Part shown: in pieces, positions 26,187-40,412 of the stretch | Layout of the letters: each line of letters starts with the position of its first letter | Numbering within the stretch: position 1 is the stretch's first letter | DNA from: Octopus sinensis | Taxonomy: Eukaryota | DNA: 64,000 nucleotides | Reading direction: 5' to 3' | NCBI RefSeq assembly: GCF_006345805.1 | Contig: NC_042998.1 | Span: 150,660,001 to 150,724,000 of the forward strand | Made by a program: the position numbers and the translations under genes | Notes under the pieces: generated by a model | The model's input: only the letters and a program-made list of their open reading frames with translations | The model's database searches: none | What the model was told of the DNA's origin: nothing

Positions 26187-26511
26187 CTAATAGATAGATA
26201 GATAGATAATACTCATATGTGTACCATAGTATGGCGGTGATAGAGGAATTTATTCCAATCTGTGTAAGTGGGTGTATACGCATGCGCACAAAATATTCAA
26301 GACGCCATGTCTATGGGCCATTTGTATGCATATAATTGAGTGGTGTGTGTGGCGTGTGTGTGTGTGTGTGTGTGTGGCGTGTGTGCGTATGTGTGTGTAC
26401 GTGTGTGTGAATGTCTGTGTGCGTATGTTCATGTATATATATACATATATACACACACTCACACATATATATACATACTTACATGCATACATACATACAT
26501 ACATACATACA

Positions 26512-26545
<34 letters not shown>

Positions 26546-26915
26546 CGTGCATACTTGTATATGCATATGATGAGGATGGAGAACGACGCAGTGGGAGAGA
26601 TGTATGAGAGACAGGATAGACAAATTTTTAATGCGTATTAACAGCGGACGACGCATCTCGCTTTATTTTATTTGTGTATTATATGTTTATTTGCTTCTGT
26701 CTATGTATGTATATCTGTGTTCATGATTACATACACACACACGCATGCACACACACACACATGTATATGTGCGTGCGTGTGTCTGTATGTACTTATATGT
26801 ACATATATTGATACACATATATATATATAATATATATATATATTATATATAATATATATATAAGTACACACACCTGTAAGGATATATATATATATTTATA
26901 TATGCGTGTGTACGC

Positions 26916-27016
<101 letters not shown>

Positions 27017-27163
27017 TATAAGTATGTAGGCTTGTGTGGATTGATAGATAGCTAAATAGGCAGAGACAGAGAGAGAGGCAGACAGATAGGTACGATAACA
27101 AATCCATATAAAAAAAATATATATGTATGTATGTATGTGTAACTATATGTATATATATATATA

Positions 27164-27243
<80 letters not shown>

Positions 27244-27764
27244 ATATATATATATATATGTATATGTATGCATGCATGTATGTAAAGATATATATATTAA
27301 TATATAATTGTGTGTGAGTGTATGTGTGTATGCATGTAATGTATGTAAATTATGTTTTATATATAATATAGTTAGTTTTAATTTATTTTAGTCCCCAAAC
27401 AAAATTTTCTTCCTGTCATTCATATTTTCTTTATTTTTCTTCTCAATATTTAAAATATATTTTATTTTAACCCCACAACCCTACCCTAGTCACTATGATA
27501 TTATAAATATGTATTGGTATTTTATTTTGGTGGTGGGGAGTGCTGCTCGTTTTTTTCTAAGACGCCATGAAATTAAACGAGTCTGGAGGCAGGAGAGTAA
27601 ATAAAATTTACATAAATGGAAAGCGTTCACACTGCATGCAGTCACACATACATTGATACTCGCACAATTACGTACATATATGCATATATATTCATGCGTG
27701 TGTGTGTTTGTGTGTGCACACATACATACATAAATGCCGAAAAATACATACAATACACACACAG

Positions 27765-27804
<40 letters not shown>

Positions 27805-28149
27805 GTATAATTATATATTCACATACAAGAATGTTGTTGAAAGTGACTTCGAAGTTTCGGCCAGCTAACCCATCGTTCGACTTCTTAGGCAAAACTTCTA
27901 GGTTACTGTCAACAACATTCTTGTATAATGATTATACATTTGTACTCAACATAATTAGAGAGTAACCCATTGATTTTATTATAACTGAGCAAAAGAAGAA
28001 TCATTTGCGCGCGCGCGATCGCGTGTGTGTGTGTGTAGCGTACTGTTCTGTGATGGTAATATCAACAAAAAGTACTCCAACTGCTGAGAGATAAATATTA
28101 TTTATTAAACACAGTATATATTTTTATGCGCTATTATTAGTTCCATGTG

Positions 28150-28810
28150 ATGAGAGCATGCCAGACAGTATTTTTTAACACGTCTGTTGTCCTAGCATAA
28201 TCATCAGGCACTGTCCGTATGGCGTAAGAAACTAAAAATGGGACGATAGAATGAGAAAAAAACGAGAAAAGGTGAAAAAGAAGTAGATCGAGTTGGGGGA
28301 TTAGAGGTATTTTCTGTTCGACCGTAAAATATAAGGCTGAAAAGAAAGTGGCCTAAAATCTGTGGTAGAGCTGTTCAATTCGGAGAGGGTAGCACTATCC
28401 AGTTCGTCAACAGAAACTTAGCCATATACTTACAACCGCTGACAATTTCGGATCTAGAATTCAGCGGTGTGTTAGGTTTCTTATATCTGTTCACTCGACC
28501 GCCAATGGTGGAAACAAGGAAAGGAAAGAGTGTTTCCGAAAAAGAAACTGGCATTTTTCATGCTGAATTCAAGTGAGCTGCTCGAAAATGCACGACCAGT
28601 GTGGTGAAAGCTTGAACTGCGATATCTGCGGACGTTTATGTTTATCAAGGGCTCCCAAGTGGAGCAACGAATGTAAGGCAGGAATTTGTTTGAGTGCAGA
28701 ATGTTTTTAATGGTCAGTGATGATTTTCCTTGGTCACGAATGGACAACCATGAGCAGATGTAAATATATATATATATATTTAAAAAAGGAGATGTGGAAC
28801 ACGAGTTGTG
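28150..28810 (-). mobile_element. Possible decayed PLE 3' region (GIY-YIG C-terminus and tail)
   Basis: Weak similarity (IYICS..SI..GKSSLTIKNILH..SSFHHTGRAFS..LEF); abuts the palindrome at 28810. Confidence 0.3.
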
Positions 28811-29150
28811 ATATATAAAAAAAGGAAATAAAGAAAATGCTGACAAAATAATTTAAGTAAGGGAGAGTGTATTTAATTAGGTGAAAGTTCTTTTTACCGG
28901 TTGCGCATTTGTTATGGTTATCAAAAGATATTTTTTTAAGAGAGATAGAGTTCCTTTCTGATAGATTTTTTTCTCTTATCTGATAAGAGAAAAAAATCTA
29001 TCAGAAAGGAACTCTATCTCTCTTTTAAAAATATCTTTTGATAAGCATAACAAATGCGCAACGGTAAAAGAACTTTCACCTAATTAAATACACTTTCCCT
29101 TACTTAAATTATTTTGTCAGCATTTTCTTCATTTCCTTTATATATATATA
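28810..29150. repeat. Near-perfect palindrome, ~170-bp arms, 1-nt spacer at 28981
   Basis: Centre ...ttctcttatc-t-gataagagaa...; arms continue, e.g. gaaaatgctgacaaaataat / attattttgtcagcattttc. Confidence 0.95.
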
Positions 29151-29211
29151 CGTGTGTGTGTGTGTATGTTCGTGCGTTTGAGTGAGTAAGTGAGTGAGTG
29201 AGTGTGTGTGT

Positions 29212-29253
<42 letters not shown>

Positions 29254-29659
29254 TGTATGCATGTATGTATTTATATATGTATGTGTGTGTATATACAAGA
29301 ATGTATGCGTCTATGGATTTCTGTACAAAATGATGGTGAAAGACGTACGACAAACTAACAGAAAGAACAAAAGACAGGCCCGGGTGAACCTATTTCATCA
29401 GTCAACTGTCGTTCCAAAACCCGGAGGTTTTAAACACACACACACACATATCACGCGCGCACGCACACACATGCACACACGCACACACACACACACACAC
29501 ACACACTATCACACATACACTCACATATGTATACGTGCGCGCGCATGCCCATGTCTTGTGTGTGATTTTTTCCGTGTGTTCCTTCTGTACAATTTTTCAC
29601 TCAAATGTGTGAATGTGTGTGTGGGTGGGTGTATGTATGTATATGTGCATATGCATGTG

Positions 29660-29698
<39 letters not shown>

Positions 29699-29713
29699 AT
29701 GTGTGTGTGCATG

Positions 29714-29755
<42 letters not shown>

Positions 29756-30407
29756 ATATATATGCATGTATGTATACATATGTATAAATATATGTATGCA
29801 TATATGTTTCTGTATGTTTGTGTGCGTGTGTGTGTTTGTGTGTTTGTGCGTGTGTTTGTGTGTGTGTGTGTATAATTAATATACGTACGTGCATGAATAT
29901 ATGTGTATGTTTGTATGTAAGTACTGAAAGAGAGAGAGGGAGAGAAGGGAGAGGAAGTCAGTTAGACCAGTCTGTAGTCAGACAAAGCATATTAAATTCT
30001 ACTCTTGCCAAACTGTTTACAAGAAGGAATAGGGTTTCACTCAGCAAACACAATTAACAACCGACTCAGTGTCGATTGGTTGATTCAACTCTACCACAAA
30101 CGTGTCTCTTCGCGAAAGAATGCTTGCCACGAATCTGAACAGAATCCATTTCATTGCGTGGAGACACGTACAGGTTCCACCGAGGTTGAGGAATATGGCA
30201 ATATTCGACCATAATCTGTAGCTCCTCAATGTGTTCCGTATTTTTAAGTTTTCAAAATTTAAAGACGATTTAACTAAGAAGGGTCGTGGATGACTCTAAT
30301 ATCGCAATAACATCATACACACAAGCATACATGCATGACATATATAACACACTATATATAGCATAAATGTATGCCATATTTACATAAATGACACTAAATA
30401 TGTGTGT

Positions 30408-30452
<45 letters not shown>

Positions 30453-31811
30453 TGTGTGTGTCTGTGTGTCTGTGTGTCTGTGTGTCTGTGTGTGCTTGTG
30501 TAAATATATTTGATAGCAGTCGAGCTGCAGTAGATTATATCGAACCAATGATTTCATTTCTCAAGCGAAGAACCCCTCGATTTCTTCAGAGAACAGATGT
30601 AATTAGAGAAAATTTTGACATTTATTGCACAGGTCTTCAAATGACTGATTTTATCCATCCCACATTTATATGAAACACACAACACACACACACACACACA
30701 CACACACCACACACACACACACACACCACACACACCACACACACAATTGTGTACATATGTGTGTGTATTGATACATGTATATAAGTTAAGTCTTAAAAAC
30801 AAAGCTAAAGTGGACGAATTTGAAAACTAGAGAAAAAGTGCAACTAAGTTTCTCACTGGAACGTATTGAAAGGATGAATGATATGACAGGAAGTAAATCA
30901 GTAAGTTAGAAGTTAAGGAGTATAATATAGTGTGTTGCGTAATAAGAACGTAGTAGTACTGGCGGATAAAGCACCATGGAATTTTATTATCATAACAAGG
31001 TTGGGATTAGGTAGGGACTTTAACTTCACATGTAATTGTACATACATATTTGTACCTGACAATACTAACGAGATGATAAGAAAATCATTACTTTACGAAA
31101 ATTATTACCTGAAGTTTCAGCATGGAAGAAAAGATAAGGTTATTCTGGACGTTTTTGGATTTCAAAATAACACAAGGTCGCCTTATAAAAGTTGATTTGT
31201 TGCAGGTGCCAGAAAATGTACAAGCAAACAGCTATCTCTGTCACCTACTGAAGCATCAAATGTTATTAGGTCGTCTTTTATCGGGTAGTGTGTAAAATGT
31301 CTTGGAATTCTAGTGTAAGCTTATTTTGGAGTAAAATGTCCAGTAACACATTTTTAAGAGAAACTGCGAAGAATTAGAATAAGTTAGACCCATGCATGTT
31401 TATGATTTTCCTACATTGTATACTAAACATGATTTGAAAAGAGTGAAGAAGGTATATTTAGTATAATTAATATTGTATTTAACAAACGGTATAGATATAG
31501 TTTTATAGAAATGGTGAAAGGTTTTTCGTCAAAGTGTAGATATAATGGTTATAAATGCTTTAATAAAAATAAACTAAGTGAGATGGTCAGTATTTATTGT
31601 TAATAACGCATTTGTTGGGAAAGATTTGAGACAAATCAAGTGATTTCGATGAGGAGAATGAGGTCGGAATGTTTTTGGATAGAAGTAAAATTAGATTTCC
31701 GAAATTGTCGAACAAATCTTACGTTGGAATGTTCCCATAAATATAGAAAAGCAGTTAAAGATTTCAATAGTAAATAAAACATTTAATATAACAGCCTTTC
31801 CTATAATCTAA

Positions 31812-32091
31812 TTCTTTTATTTGTTTCAGTCATTTGACTGTGGCCATGCTGGAGCCCCACCTTTAGTTGAACAAATCGACCCCTAGTACTTATTCTATTG
31901 GTCACTTTTGCCGAACTGCTATGTTACGGAGACGTAAACACACAAACATCGGTTGTCAAGCAAAAGTAGGGGCGCAAACAAAGACACACAAGCACACAAA
32001 TGCACACACACACAAACAAACACACACACAGATTTATATGTATACCATGTGGTTGGTAAGCAAGCTACTTACCACAGCCACCTCTGCGCCT
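31812..32091 (-). mobile_element. SINE family A, internally deleted
   Basis: Tail tcttttatttgtttcagtc and head cacagccacctctgcgcct are present; the middle CORE part is missing. Confidence 0.85.
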
Positions 32092-32523
32092 AATGATCAT
32101 AATTTTTTTTAATTTTATAGATTACATAAATAGCTAGATATCTAAATGTCGTTACACAGAATTTCTATGATTATATTTATTCTTTCTTTATATACTAAAC
32201 CGGTTTTTCTAAAAATATAAAAATTTTTCTTAACGTTGACTTTGAATATAGCCTTTTTAGGGTTACCTTAAGAACATTGTGTAAGCATAAATCGGATATA
32301 TATATATATATATTTATTCATTCATACATGTATATATGCATACATACGTACTGACATGCATACATATATACTGGTGTATGTACATGTATATGTATGTGAG
32401 CATATTTATGTGTATACATAAACATATATACATATATATAGGTATATATATGCATATATACATGCATATATAATATATATATATATATATGTAAATGTAT
32501 ATGTATATGTATATATATATATG

Positions 32524-32637
<114 letters not shown>

Positions 32638-32864
32638 ATATATATATATACATACATATATATATGCATGTATGTACATATTATATGTATGTGTGTGTGC
32701 GCGCGCATACCTGCGCGTCTGTGTGTGTGTGTGTTTCTCTGGTACCACTTAAGTGATATTCACTTCCGATACATCATGGCAGGATTAGAAATTTGAATTT
32801 TTGATCGAATCGTAACGCAGAAAATGCATAGAAGATATATCTAATGTTGTTTCTATTTATTTCA

Positions 32865-33255
32865 GTGGCGAGCTGGCAGAAACGTGAGCACACCGGGTGA
32901 AATGCGTAGCCGTATTTCGTCTGCTGTTACGTTTTGAGTTCAAATTCCGCCGAGGTCGATTTTGCCTTTCATCCTTTCGAGTTCGATTAAATAAGCACCA
33001 GTTACGCACTGGGGTCGATATAATCGACTTAATCCTCTTCTCTGTCCTTGTTTGTCCCTTCTGTGTTTAGCCCCTTGTGGGTAGTAACGAAATAGGTATT
33101 TCGTCCGTCTTTACGTTCTGAGTTCAAATTCATCTGAGGTGGTCTTTTCCTTTTATCTTTTCGGGGTCGATAAATTAATTACCAGTTGCGTACTGGGGAG
33201 GATCTAATCAACTAACCCCGCCCCAAAAATTTCGGTCCTGGTTCCTAGAGTATAA
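32865..33255 (+). mobile_element. SINE family B, two tandem units
   Basis: gcgagctggcagaa...gagttcaaattccgccgaggtcg..., followed by a second gtatttcgtccgtc...gagttcaaatt unit. Confidence 0.9.
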
Positions 33256-33319
33256 AAGAGATATTAATTTTTTTTAGTCACGGGTAGCCATGCATAGCGC
33301 CAAGATTTGTAAAATATAT

Positions 33320-33790
33320 TGGTTTTAAATTTTGTCACAACGTCCGAAATTTTGGGTTAGGGGACTAGTAGATTACATTGAGTTTCATTGTCAACTGGTA
33401 TTTATTTTATCGACCCCGAAAGCATGAAAGGCAAAGTCTACCTCGGCGGCGGAATTTGAACTCAGAATGTAAAGACGGACGAAGTGGCGTTATGCACCCC
33501 CACACACTAGGCGTGTTAATGTTTCTGCCAGCTCGCTGCCTTGAAAAAGAAAAAAAGAAAAAAAAATAAATATTAGTTTCAAATTTTGGCACAAGGCCAG
33601 CAAGTTCGGTGGGGTGGATTTAAGTCAATAACATCGACCCCATTACTCAACCGGTATTTAGTTTATTGACCCCGAAAGGATGAAAGGCAAAGTCGACTTC
33701 GGCGGAATTTAAACTTAAAGCATAAAGACGAACGAAATGCGGCTAAGCATTTTGCCAGGCGTCCTAACGATTCTGCCCGCTCGCCGCCTT
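33320..33790 (-). mobile_element. SINE family B, two copies in reverse orientation
   Basis: atcgaccccgaaag.atgaaaggcaaagtc..ctcggcgg..aattt occurs twice; heads end in ccagctcgc and cccgctcgcc. Confidence 0.9.
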
Positions 33791-34634
33791 TAAACGTTGT
33801 AAGATATATTTAAAAATAGGTTTTGTTCAGAGCAAATATTATCTCTGATAAAGAACTCTTTACTTTGGGTAACTATGTATAAGAAGTCGAGTCTTGTCAG
33901 ATTTGTAACCGTGGATGGGCTGTTCATGTCAGTCGGGAACAGAGAGAAATGATACTCTGTGAGGACTGTCAATATATGATATAATAAGCACACGCACGCA
34001 CCCATGCACACTCACACACACAACGCAACACACGCACACATACGCACAAATGCACAGACACACATATACAAATTCATGTAAGTATGCTAAAAGCGTGCTT
34101 CGGTGGATCCTTAATTGCTCCCAAATGTTGCGTTACTTGTCTGAAAGTGAATTCATAGAATTAACTGGAATAATTAAAGGAGATGCTCTAGTAACATAAG
34201 TAATTGCGTCAATTGAAGAACTTCTCTGAAATAATTCCGTTTAAGTTGAGTTTAATAATGCCAAATATTCTAAGTGGAATTTCAAGACACTTGAATCTTG
34301 ACGAGTTTATTTTAGAAATATCAGAGAAATATCTGGAAGTGGCAAACAAAAATAAACACATAAAAAGTGTGTGTGAGTATGTATGTGTGCGTGTGCGACT
34401 GTGTGTGTATGTGTGTGGTGTGTGTGTGTGAATACATTCAAAAATATGCAGGTATCACACATACTTTTAAGAAACTGTGCTTGATTATAGCAATATACTG
34501 CATATGTTGCGCGTGTATGTCTGTCTATATATACACACACATATATATACGCAACACACACAAGCATAAATATGTATAATTATGTACCACTTTATACATA
34601 CACATGCACTCGCACACACACGCACACACACACA

Positions 34635-34719
<85 letters not shown>

Positions 34720-34835
34720 CACACACATAGATGACACCATAAGAATTTAGAACTTCGGGAGGACATGGAATAATTCTTTTTTGTAACGACGAAACTCGAA
34801 CCAGATAAAGCTATAAACAATAGCGTGTAAATATT

Positions 34836-34883
<48 letters not shown>

Positions 34884-34939
34884 ATATATATATATAATAT
34901 ATATATATGTTATATATATATATCTATATATATAATATA

Positions 34940-35004
<65 letters not shown>

Positions 35005-35039
35005 ATATATATATTATATAGCTATATATATATGAGACA

Positions 35040-35910
35040 GTAATGGAAAGTGGAGTGCTCCAGGGACCGTATAGAGGTCACTGCTGTTCATGGTGACTCT
35101 TTCAGGCATGCAATCAGTTACACACAGACAGCCACACTTACTAGCTATGCCGATGACACAAAAGTAGTACAAGCAGTCAAGGAACCTTCTGATGCTAATC
35201 TTCAAGAGAAAGAACTAGATGTCATATATAAATAGGCTGAGGACAACAACATGCAGTTTAATGCAGGCAAATTCCAAGATCTCCGTTACCAGTTAATTTG
35301 TGCTCAGAAATCACAACAGCGATACTCTAGACCAAAGAAGCGGCAATCCTAGAATCACATACAGTACCTCATCTTGTGATTGATATGAACAATGATGCAT
35401 CGTTTCATATACATATCACCAAGATGGTGGAAGTGTGCAGACGAATGGCGGGATAGATTCTGAGAACCTTCAGAACAAGGAACCAGGAAGCTATGCTGGT
35501 TCTATGGAGGACATGTGTCCTCAACTGTCTGAACTACTGCTCTCTTTCGGTGTAGGATTAATAGCAGAACTTGAGGCGGTTCAGCGATGCTACACGAGGA
35601 AGATTGCATCAATAGAACAGCTGAGCTACTGGGAGAGACTGAAAGAGCTACGACTTTACTCCCTGGAGCGAAGACGAGAGAGATATGCAATCATATATGT
35701 GTGGAAGATACTGGAGGGGCTGGCACCAAACTTTGGAATCGAAAGATATACCAGACCTCGAACTGGATGCCACTGCACTGTTCCAAAAGTCCCAGCTGTC
35801 TCATCTAAGGCGAGAACCATGTACTTCAATAGTTTGAGATTCAAGAGCCTGCAGCTATTTAACGCCTTTCCAAAGCATCTGCGGGACGTATGTAGCTACT
35901 GATCTGTACT
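35040..35910 (+). mobile_element. CR1-type LINE RT fragment, same family as 21559-23145
   Basis: SGVLQG, TSYADDTK, NNMQFN..KF, LYSLERRRERY.IIY.WKILEG. Confidence 0.85.
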
Positions 35911-36249
35911 TAAGACTACTTGTGGTGGATGTATGTATGTATGTATGTATGTATGTATGTATGTATGTATGTATGTATGTATGTATATGCGCACTCTTAA
36001 CCTTTCTGTCCCCTCCCTTTCTCAGCCTTCATTCTTTCGGGTTTCCTTTTCTGTCTCTCCCTCTCTCTCTCTCTCGCTCTCTCTCATTCTTCATTCTTTC
36101 TGGTTTTCTCTACAACCATTCCCTTTTTTCTCTCCCTTTCTCTTGCTCCTCCTCCTCCCTCCCGTCGTTGACCCGCGACGAGAGCTCTGCTACTGTCTTT
36201 CTGACCTGGCTTCCTTCAAGTGTAGACGGCATTTTCTGTGGCTCCTGTG

Positions 36250-36790
36250 CCGTTCTCAAAAATAGCGTTCGTAATATTTTATCTCGTTCGGCTTAACAGC
36301 CCTTCTTGTCTGTGTTACTGTTATTCTCCTTGTCCTGTCTTTTACTGTTTATATTTTGTACCGTCGTTACTGTCCTGTTTTTGTTACCATTTTTACCCCT
36401 CCGCAAAAAAATCTCAAATTTTATTTAATTTGCTTTTCGCGGGAAGGAAAGTTTCATTAAAGTCGTGTCTCGCCTTGACCTTCGAAACGCGGAGTAGATG
36501 GAACAAAGGCGACCGAAGATGGGGAATTTTCCTTGTATTGTATGTCCTGTACTCTATTTTTTGCGTTTTTTAAGAAAAATGTCCATTTCCTTGGTTTTGT
36601 GTTTATGTTTTCGTTTCTCATTGTGTTCGAGGTTTTTTGGTGTCCTGTACCCATATATGCATGTATATATTCATGTAGAGGTAGGTACGTACATATATGT
36701 ATGTATATATGTATATGTTTTATTTTATTTATTAATTTATGTATGTATGTATGTATGTATGTATGTATTATGTATGTATACTATGTGTGA
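36250..36790 (+). mobile_element. Unclassified microsatellite-associated repeat (homologous to 41680-42230 and 53750-53830)
   Basis: Shared cttcgaaac...gaaga/gatga.gggga.ttttccttgt...gtcctgtactct...gtgtcctgtaccca. Confidence 0.6.
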
Positions 36791-37107
36791 GAAGACTGTA
36801 GCAGGAATATTCAGCATATATCTGATATCGCGATTCGCAAGAAAATTACCCACATGATCGAAAAAATCTGACCTTCAAAGCCTTCGCATGGAAGAGGCTC
36901 CAAAAGGAACTTCATCTTTTGGAGCGCCTCTTTCTGGGCATAACCATCACTATAAATTCAATGCACCTTAACTACTTAGACAGGCAGCACAGAAAGACAG
37001 TCCACACCTCGTAGAATTCAAGCTATAATTATTGCCAAAGGTGGTCCTACTCCATATTAAATTAAATTTGTTAGAAATTTTTAGGTGTTTCCATTATTTT
37101 GTCCAAC

Positions 37108-37174
<67 letters not shown>

Positions 37175-38283
37175 TTCTCAATGGATATGTTTCATCTCAG
37201 ATTCTATGGGATGTTTCCAGATATAGATTGACAACGTAGTCTTGTCTCCTGACATTTCGAAATCTGTGAATGTGCTTATAGTGGAGCTTAAAGGAATTAG
37301 CAGTAAGACTACATATACTTTGGTCGATTGGTTAATTTGTATGAAACAAAGTTAAACTCTGTTTTTGCGAGGAATTTGGAAGGAAGTGAAAATGTATTCG
37401 AGTCATGACAATTGCATCTGCTAATAAGGTGCATGTGTTTTCTGTTTAGAGAAAGAGGGTTTGAACGAAGTTTGGCAACATTTAAGTATCCTGTGAAATA
37501 TTGCTTTTGTAGTTTCACAAATATTTCGGTTGCGGAAGTGAGCACTGTCAAATAAAATATCTGTTGGTTTACAGGGTCAAACCAGTTAATATTTCTTTTC
37601 CTGTTTCTATTTTCATTTCTATGCTTGATCTACTCGTGTGGCACTCCTCTCCAAAACATTTGTCTGGCAGAGCTTCATTGTAGAATATAGACGAATCGAT
37701 GAAGTTTTGCTCGTTAATCTAAGAGCATGAAGATGTTTCTGAGGATGTGGATATTTCTTTTGTTGTTATTTCTACATTATAATAATCGTATTTGATGTCA
37801 TAAAAGACTCACGCGCATATTAGACGCACAGACATATTGGACACACATATTCAGGAAAAAACTTTTTATTGCATTAAAGCATATGAGAGGTTCAACTTTA
37901 CACATAGGACCTGGAGTGACATTTTGAGAAATCTGAGGGAAGGGGAGAATGCGTCTTGTATAGATAGCATCAGATACAGCATTTCCGAGTAAATTGTTCC
38001 ATATTGGGGAAGCTAATCAATAATACTGAATGTTTATAGGTAAAAACAAAGCTTTGGCATACAAAACAAAGTACTGCACACTTGGAAAGTGTGTTATTAT
38101 ATTGGAGACTTGATTGTAGAATTAATTCTGTTTTGATCCTCGTTGGTTACAGTTACAAGCGATTAGGATCAGAGTGGATGCTAAAAATGTAATTTATTCC
38201 TTGAACCGAGTGGAGATAAGAAAGTGGTATAGCGTTAAATAGTGGAAGAAAGAGTAAAAGGGATGTCGTAAAATGTAATGTAG

Positions 38284-38336
<53 letters not shown>

Positions 38337-38359
38337 TGTGAGTGTGTGTGTGTGCGAGC

Positions 38360-38640
38360 GTGTGTTTCAGCCATTGGACTGCGACCACGCTGGAACACCA
38401 CCTTAAGCTTGGTACTTATATTATCAGTCTCTTATGCCGAACCGTTAAAAACACGTGAACACAGCAACACCGGTTGGCAAACGGAGACAAGGGACAACTA
38501 CAAGTAGAAAGACACACACACACATATATATAGGTAGAATGAGCTTCTTTCAGTTTCCGTCAACCAAATCCACTCACAAGGCACTTTGCCAAGGTACCAT
38601 CCTGTTGAATGGAACCCTGAACCAAATGCAATCCAGCTGC
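38360..38640 (-). mobile_element. SINE family A, partial
   Basis: tttcagccattggactgcgaccacgctggaacaccacc...gccgaaccgtt...ttctttcagtttccgtcaaccaaatccactcacaagg. Confidence 0.75.
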
Positions 38641-39208
38641 ACCTATGTACGTATAAGGTGTGATATAGAAGCGGGTGAGGGCGGGGGATAGTCATGACCG
38701 TTTTATGGCTCCAGACAATTTCAAATTAATCTACCCTACTTTGTTAAATCTAACGGTTAAGTACCCAACTATAAACTTATCTTACTGGTATAATGTGAAA
38801 TAAATAGTGTGACTTCATATTGAAATGGTTAAGGTTAAACTAAAATGATAAAGTTTGGAATCAAAGAATATTAAAGTAAATTTGGTTTGAAATTTGATCC
38901 GTTACCTCAGTAGGTGGTCTTCATATTAGTGTGAATGCTGGTGCATTTTAAAGAATATTCCGATATTATATTACACATTAAATGCTTAAAATCTCTTTTT
39001 AGTAGTTTACCACTGAAGAACTCGGCTAACATTGATATATTTGACTACAAAACACAAACACAAAGACAGACACGCGCGTGCGTGCGTACATATACACATG
39101 TACACACACACCACAGGCACGCACACATATTCACGCACACACACACACACACAAACACAGACACGCGCATGCACACACACATATACATATATAATATATA
39201 TTAATATA

Positions 39209-40412
39209 TTGGGGCATCCCATAAATAATGCGGGTTTTTTTCAACTGCATGAACTAAAATTCGGAGGGGATGGGATAAACTACCTGTATCAACTTGCTAT
39301 AAAAGCAGGTAGTAATTTTACCTTGTACTTATTCTTAGTGCAAGTTTTAAAGAGTGTAGTTCGATTTTAACAGTTATTTTCTCAAAGCTGTAATGGAAGT
39401 GACAAAGGAGCATATTCGGCATATTTTGCTTTATGAGTTCGATAAAAGCAACAGCGCAACGGAAAGTGCAAGGAATATTAATGCAGTATATGGGGATTGG
39501 ATAATGTGTGTAAGCCAGTGTCAACGGTGGTTCTAGAAACTCAGAGCCGGAAACTACAGCCTAGAAGATGAGACTCGTCCTGGAATATCTGTAGAGCTCG
39601 ACAAGGATGTCCTGCAAACCCTGGTGGAACAAAATCCCATCGTAACTATTGAGGAATTAGCAGAGAAGCTTGGATTTGGTCATTCAACCATTCATCGACA
39701 CCTGCGTGCAATCGAAAAGTCAACAAATTGGGTCAATGGGTTCCTCAAACTTTCCGAGTCTAATCGCGCGTAGAGAATGAATGCGTGATCTTCTTTGCTA
39801 TCACATCTCACAACTTTTTTATTTTGGACAAAATAGTGACTGGTGACGAGAAATGGATTCTCTCTAAAAATGTCAAGCGCCGAAGACAGTTGGTAGAGAA
39901 AGAAGAAACATCGGCATCCCAAGCTAAAGTAGGTCTTCACCCACGTAAGGTGTTGTTATCTGTTTGGTGGGATATAAAAGGTTTAGTCCACTTTGAACTT
40001 TTAAACCCAAACTAAACGATAACAAAGGTTACTGCGAGCAGCTTGAGCGTCTTAAATCAGCGCTAGAAGAAAAACGACCATGTTTGGTTTGAAGGCGAAA
40101 GGATGACATTCCAAAGGCTGAAGAAGTTTGAATGGAAACGATGCCCCACCCACCATATTGGCCAGACATTGCTCCATGTGGTTATTATTAATTCTGCAGT
40201 CTTCAAAATCATTTGGACGGGAAAATACAGATTCTGTAGACGAGCTCAGAACAAGAGAATTTTCGAACAGGGCTTTGCAAGTCTACAAGATAGATTGAAG
40301 AACATTTTAGAAAATAAAGTAGAGTATGTAATAGAGTAAAAAAAGAACTTTGTTTATCTTAATTTTGAAAAATAAAAGAAGCATTAAAAAACCCCGCATT
40401 ATTTATGGGATG
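39209..40412 (+). mobile_element. mariner transposon relic with TIRs
   Basis: TIRs catcccataaataatgcggg / ccccgcattatttatgggatg. ATG at 39393: MEVTKEHIRHILLYEF; also IVTGDEKW, LHPRKVLLSVWWD and PHPPYWPDIAP. Multiple stops and frameshifts. Confidence 0.9.

Noticed and set aside
29370-29420. Minus-strand CTGATGA...GTC hammerhead-like motif
   Set aside because: GGGC stands in place of GAAA, and there is no stem I.
30930-31780. AT-rich stretches that may be old coding relics (also 24440-25130, 37200-38130 and 47690-48060)
   Set aside because: No diagnostic motif could be recovered by hand; needs a tBLASTx or HMM search.
36470-36525. Permuted (type II) hammerhead: CCTTC-GAAAC...CCGAAGA-TGGGG, also at 41930-41985 with CTGATGA
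   Set aside because: Stem II is plausible, but no stem I or consistent cleavage triplet could be built in either copy.
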